Positions 63,718 to 64,000 of a stretch of 64,000 nt of DNA are shown here, piece by piece. The notes beneath the pieces were generated by a model. That model saw only the letters and a program-made list of their open reading frames with translations, searched no databases and was not told where the DNA came from. Each line of letters begins with the position of its first letter. Position 1 is the first letter of the stretch. Source of the stretch: a virus; the UHGV virus genome UHGV-1430915; one strand, written 5' to 3'. The position numbers and the translations under genes were made by a program.

Positions 63718-63722
63718 CAATT

Positions 63723-63966
63723 TTTATTCGTGGGCGCATGTTACAATGTGCTTTTTATAGCCCAGGTGGTTAGCAAGTGCCGACAAAAACTCTTCTTCAT
63801 AGATCCAGCCGTTGGCAGTGATCCCCATAGCATTTAATGCGCTCTCAAGTGCTGCATTAGCTTTATCGTAGCCGTGACCGCTCGCCTTCCCGCCAGTATA
63901 ACCGTACTTATTGTTCTTGTTGTCGTGAATCCAAAAAACGCAGTATTGAGTGTTCCCGCTGGCGGC
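63723..63966 (-). CDS. hypothetical protein, partial (C-terminal part; 5' end lost at contig end)
   Basis: open frame on minus strand from adapter junction down to TAA at 63723-63725 (...GHGYDKANAALESALNAMGITANGWIYEEEF...). Confidence 0.4.
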
Positions 63967-64000
63967 AGATCGGAAGAGCGTCGTGTAGGGAAAGAGTGTA
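63967..64000. other. Illumina TruSeq adapter (sequencing artifact, not biological)
   Basis: agatcggaagagcgtcgtgtagggaaagagtgta matches the standard adapter AGATCGGAAGAGCGTCGTGTAGGGAAAGAGTGT. Confidence 0.95.

Noticed and set aside
1-64000. Prophage or mobile-element boundaries (integrase, att sites, transposase)
   Set aside because: No integrase, recombinase or transposase-like ORF and no host-like flanking genes were seen. The window looks like phage DNA throughout.

Overview
This window looks like a 64-kb stretch of a tailed dsDNA phage genome with sigma70-type promoters throughout; no integrase, transposase, rRNA or CRISPR array was found. All calls are from reading the sequence and ORF track by eye; no database search or folding was run. 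Layout: (1) 1-9923, minus strand: head, packaging and spanin genes (large terminase, portal, scaffold-like, decoration-like, lambda-E-like major capsid, Rz/Rz1-like spanins) with strong intrinsic terminators. (2) 10346-11157, minus strand: seven tRNA genes (Pro, Met/Ile2-CAT, Thr, one aberrant tRNA-like element, Ser, Tyr, Arg) behind one promoter. (3) 11.2-15.1 kb: small minus-strand genes, two related GC-rich ORF-free islands, four tandem palindromes beside an HTH gene, and a polynucleotide-kinase-like gene plus metallophosphoesterase gene divergent from a ligase gene. (4) 15.2-40.5 kb, plus strand: Sir2-like, MazG-like, DNA ligase, lambda-R-like endolysin, FEN-like 5' nuclease, endonuclease VII-like, DnaQ-like exonuclease, two DNA methyltransferases, dNMP-kinase-like, HAD-like, ThyX, NrdA-NrdB-glutaredoxin-NrdD-NrdG, PhoH, ClpP-like protease. 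(5) 40.8-52.1 kb, plus strand: about 35 small genes, including an expanded family of small acidic proteins with a tandem triplet duplication and a ribosome hibernation factor (HPF) homologue. (6) 52.1-54.4 kb: repeat-rich ORF-free region. (7) 54.6-63.7 kb, minus strand: about 24 small genes in repeated promoter / GC-hairpin / RBS cassettes, with a 44-bp element present three times. The last 34 bases (63967-64000) are Illumina adapter, so the window end is a contig end. The strongest candidates for undescribed biology are the split RNA-repair cassette with its Sir2/MazG neighbours, the small-protein family expansion around HPF, and the cassette-built small-gene array next to the repeat-rich region.
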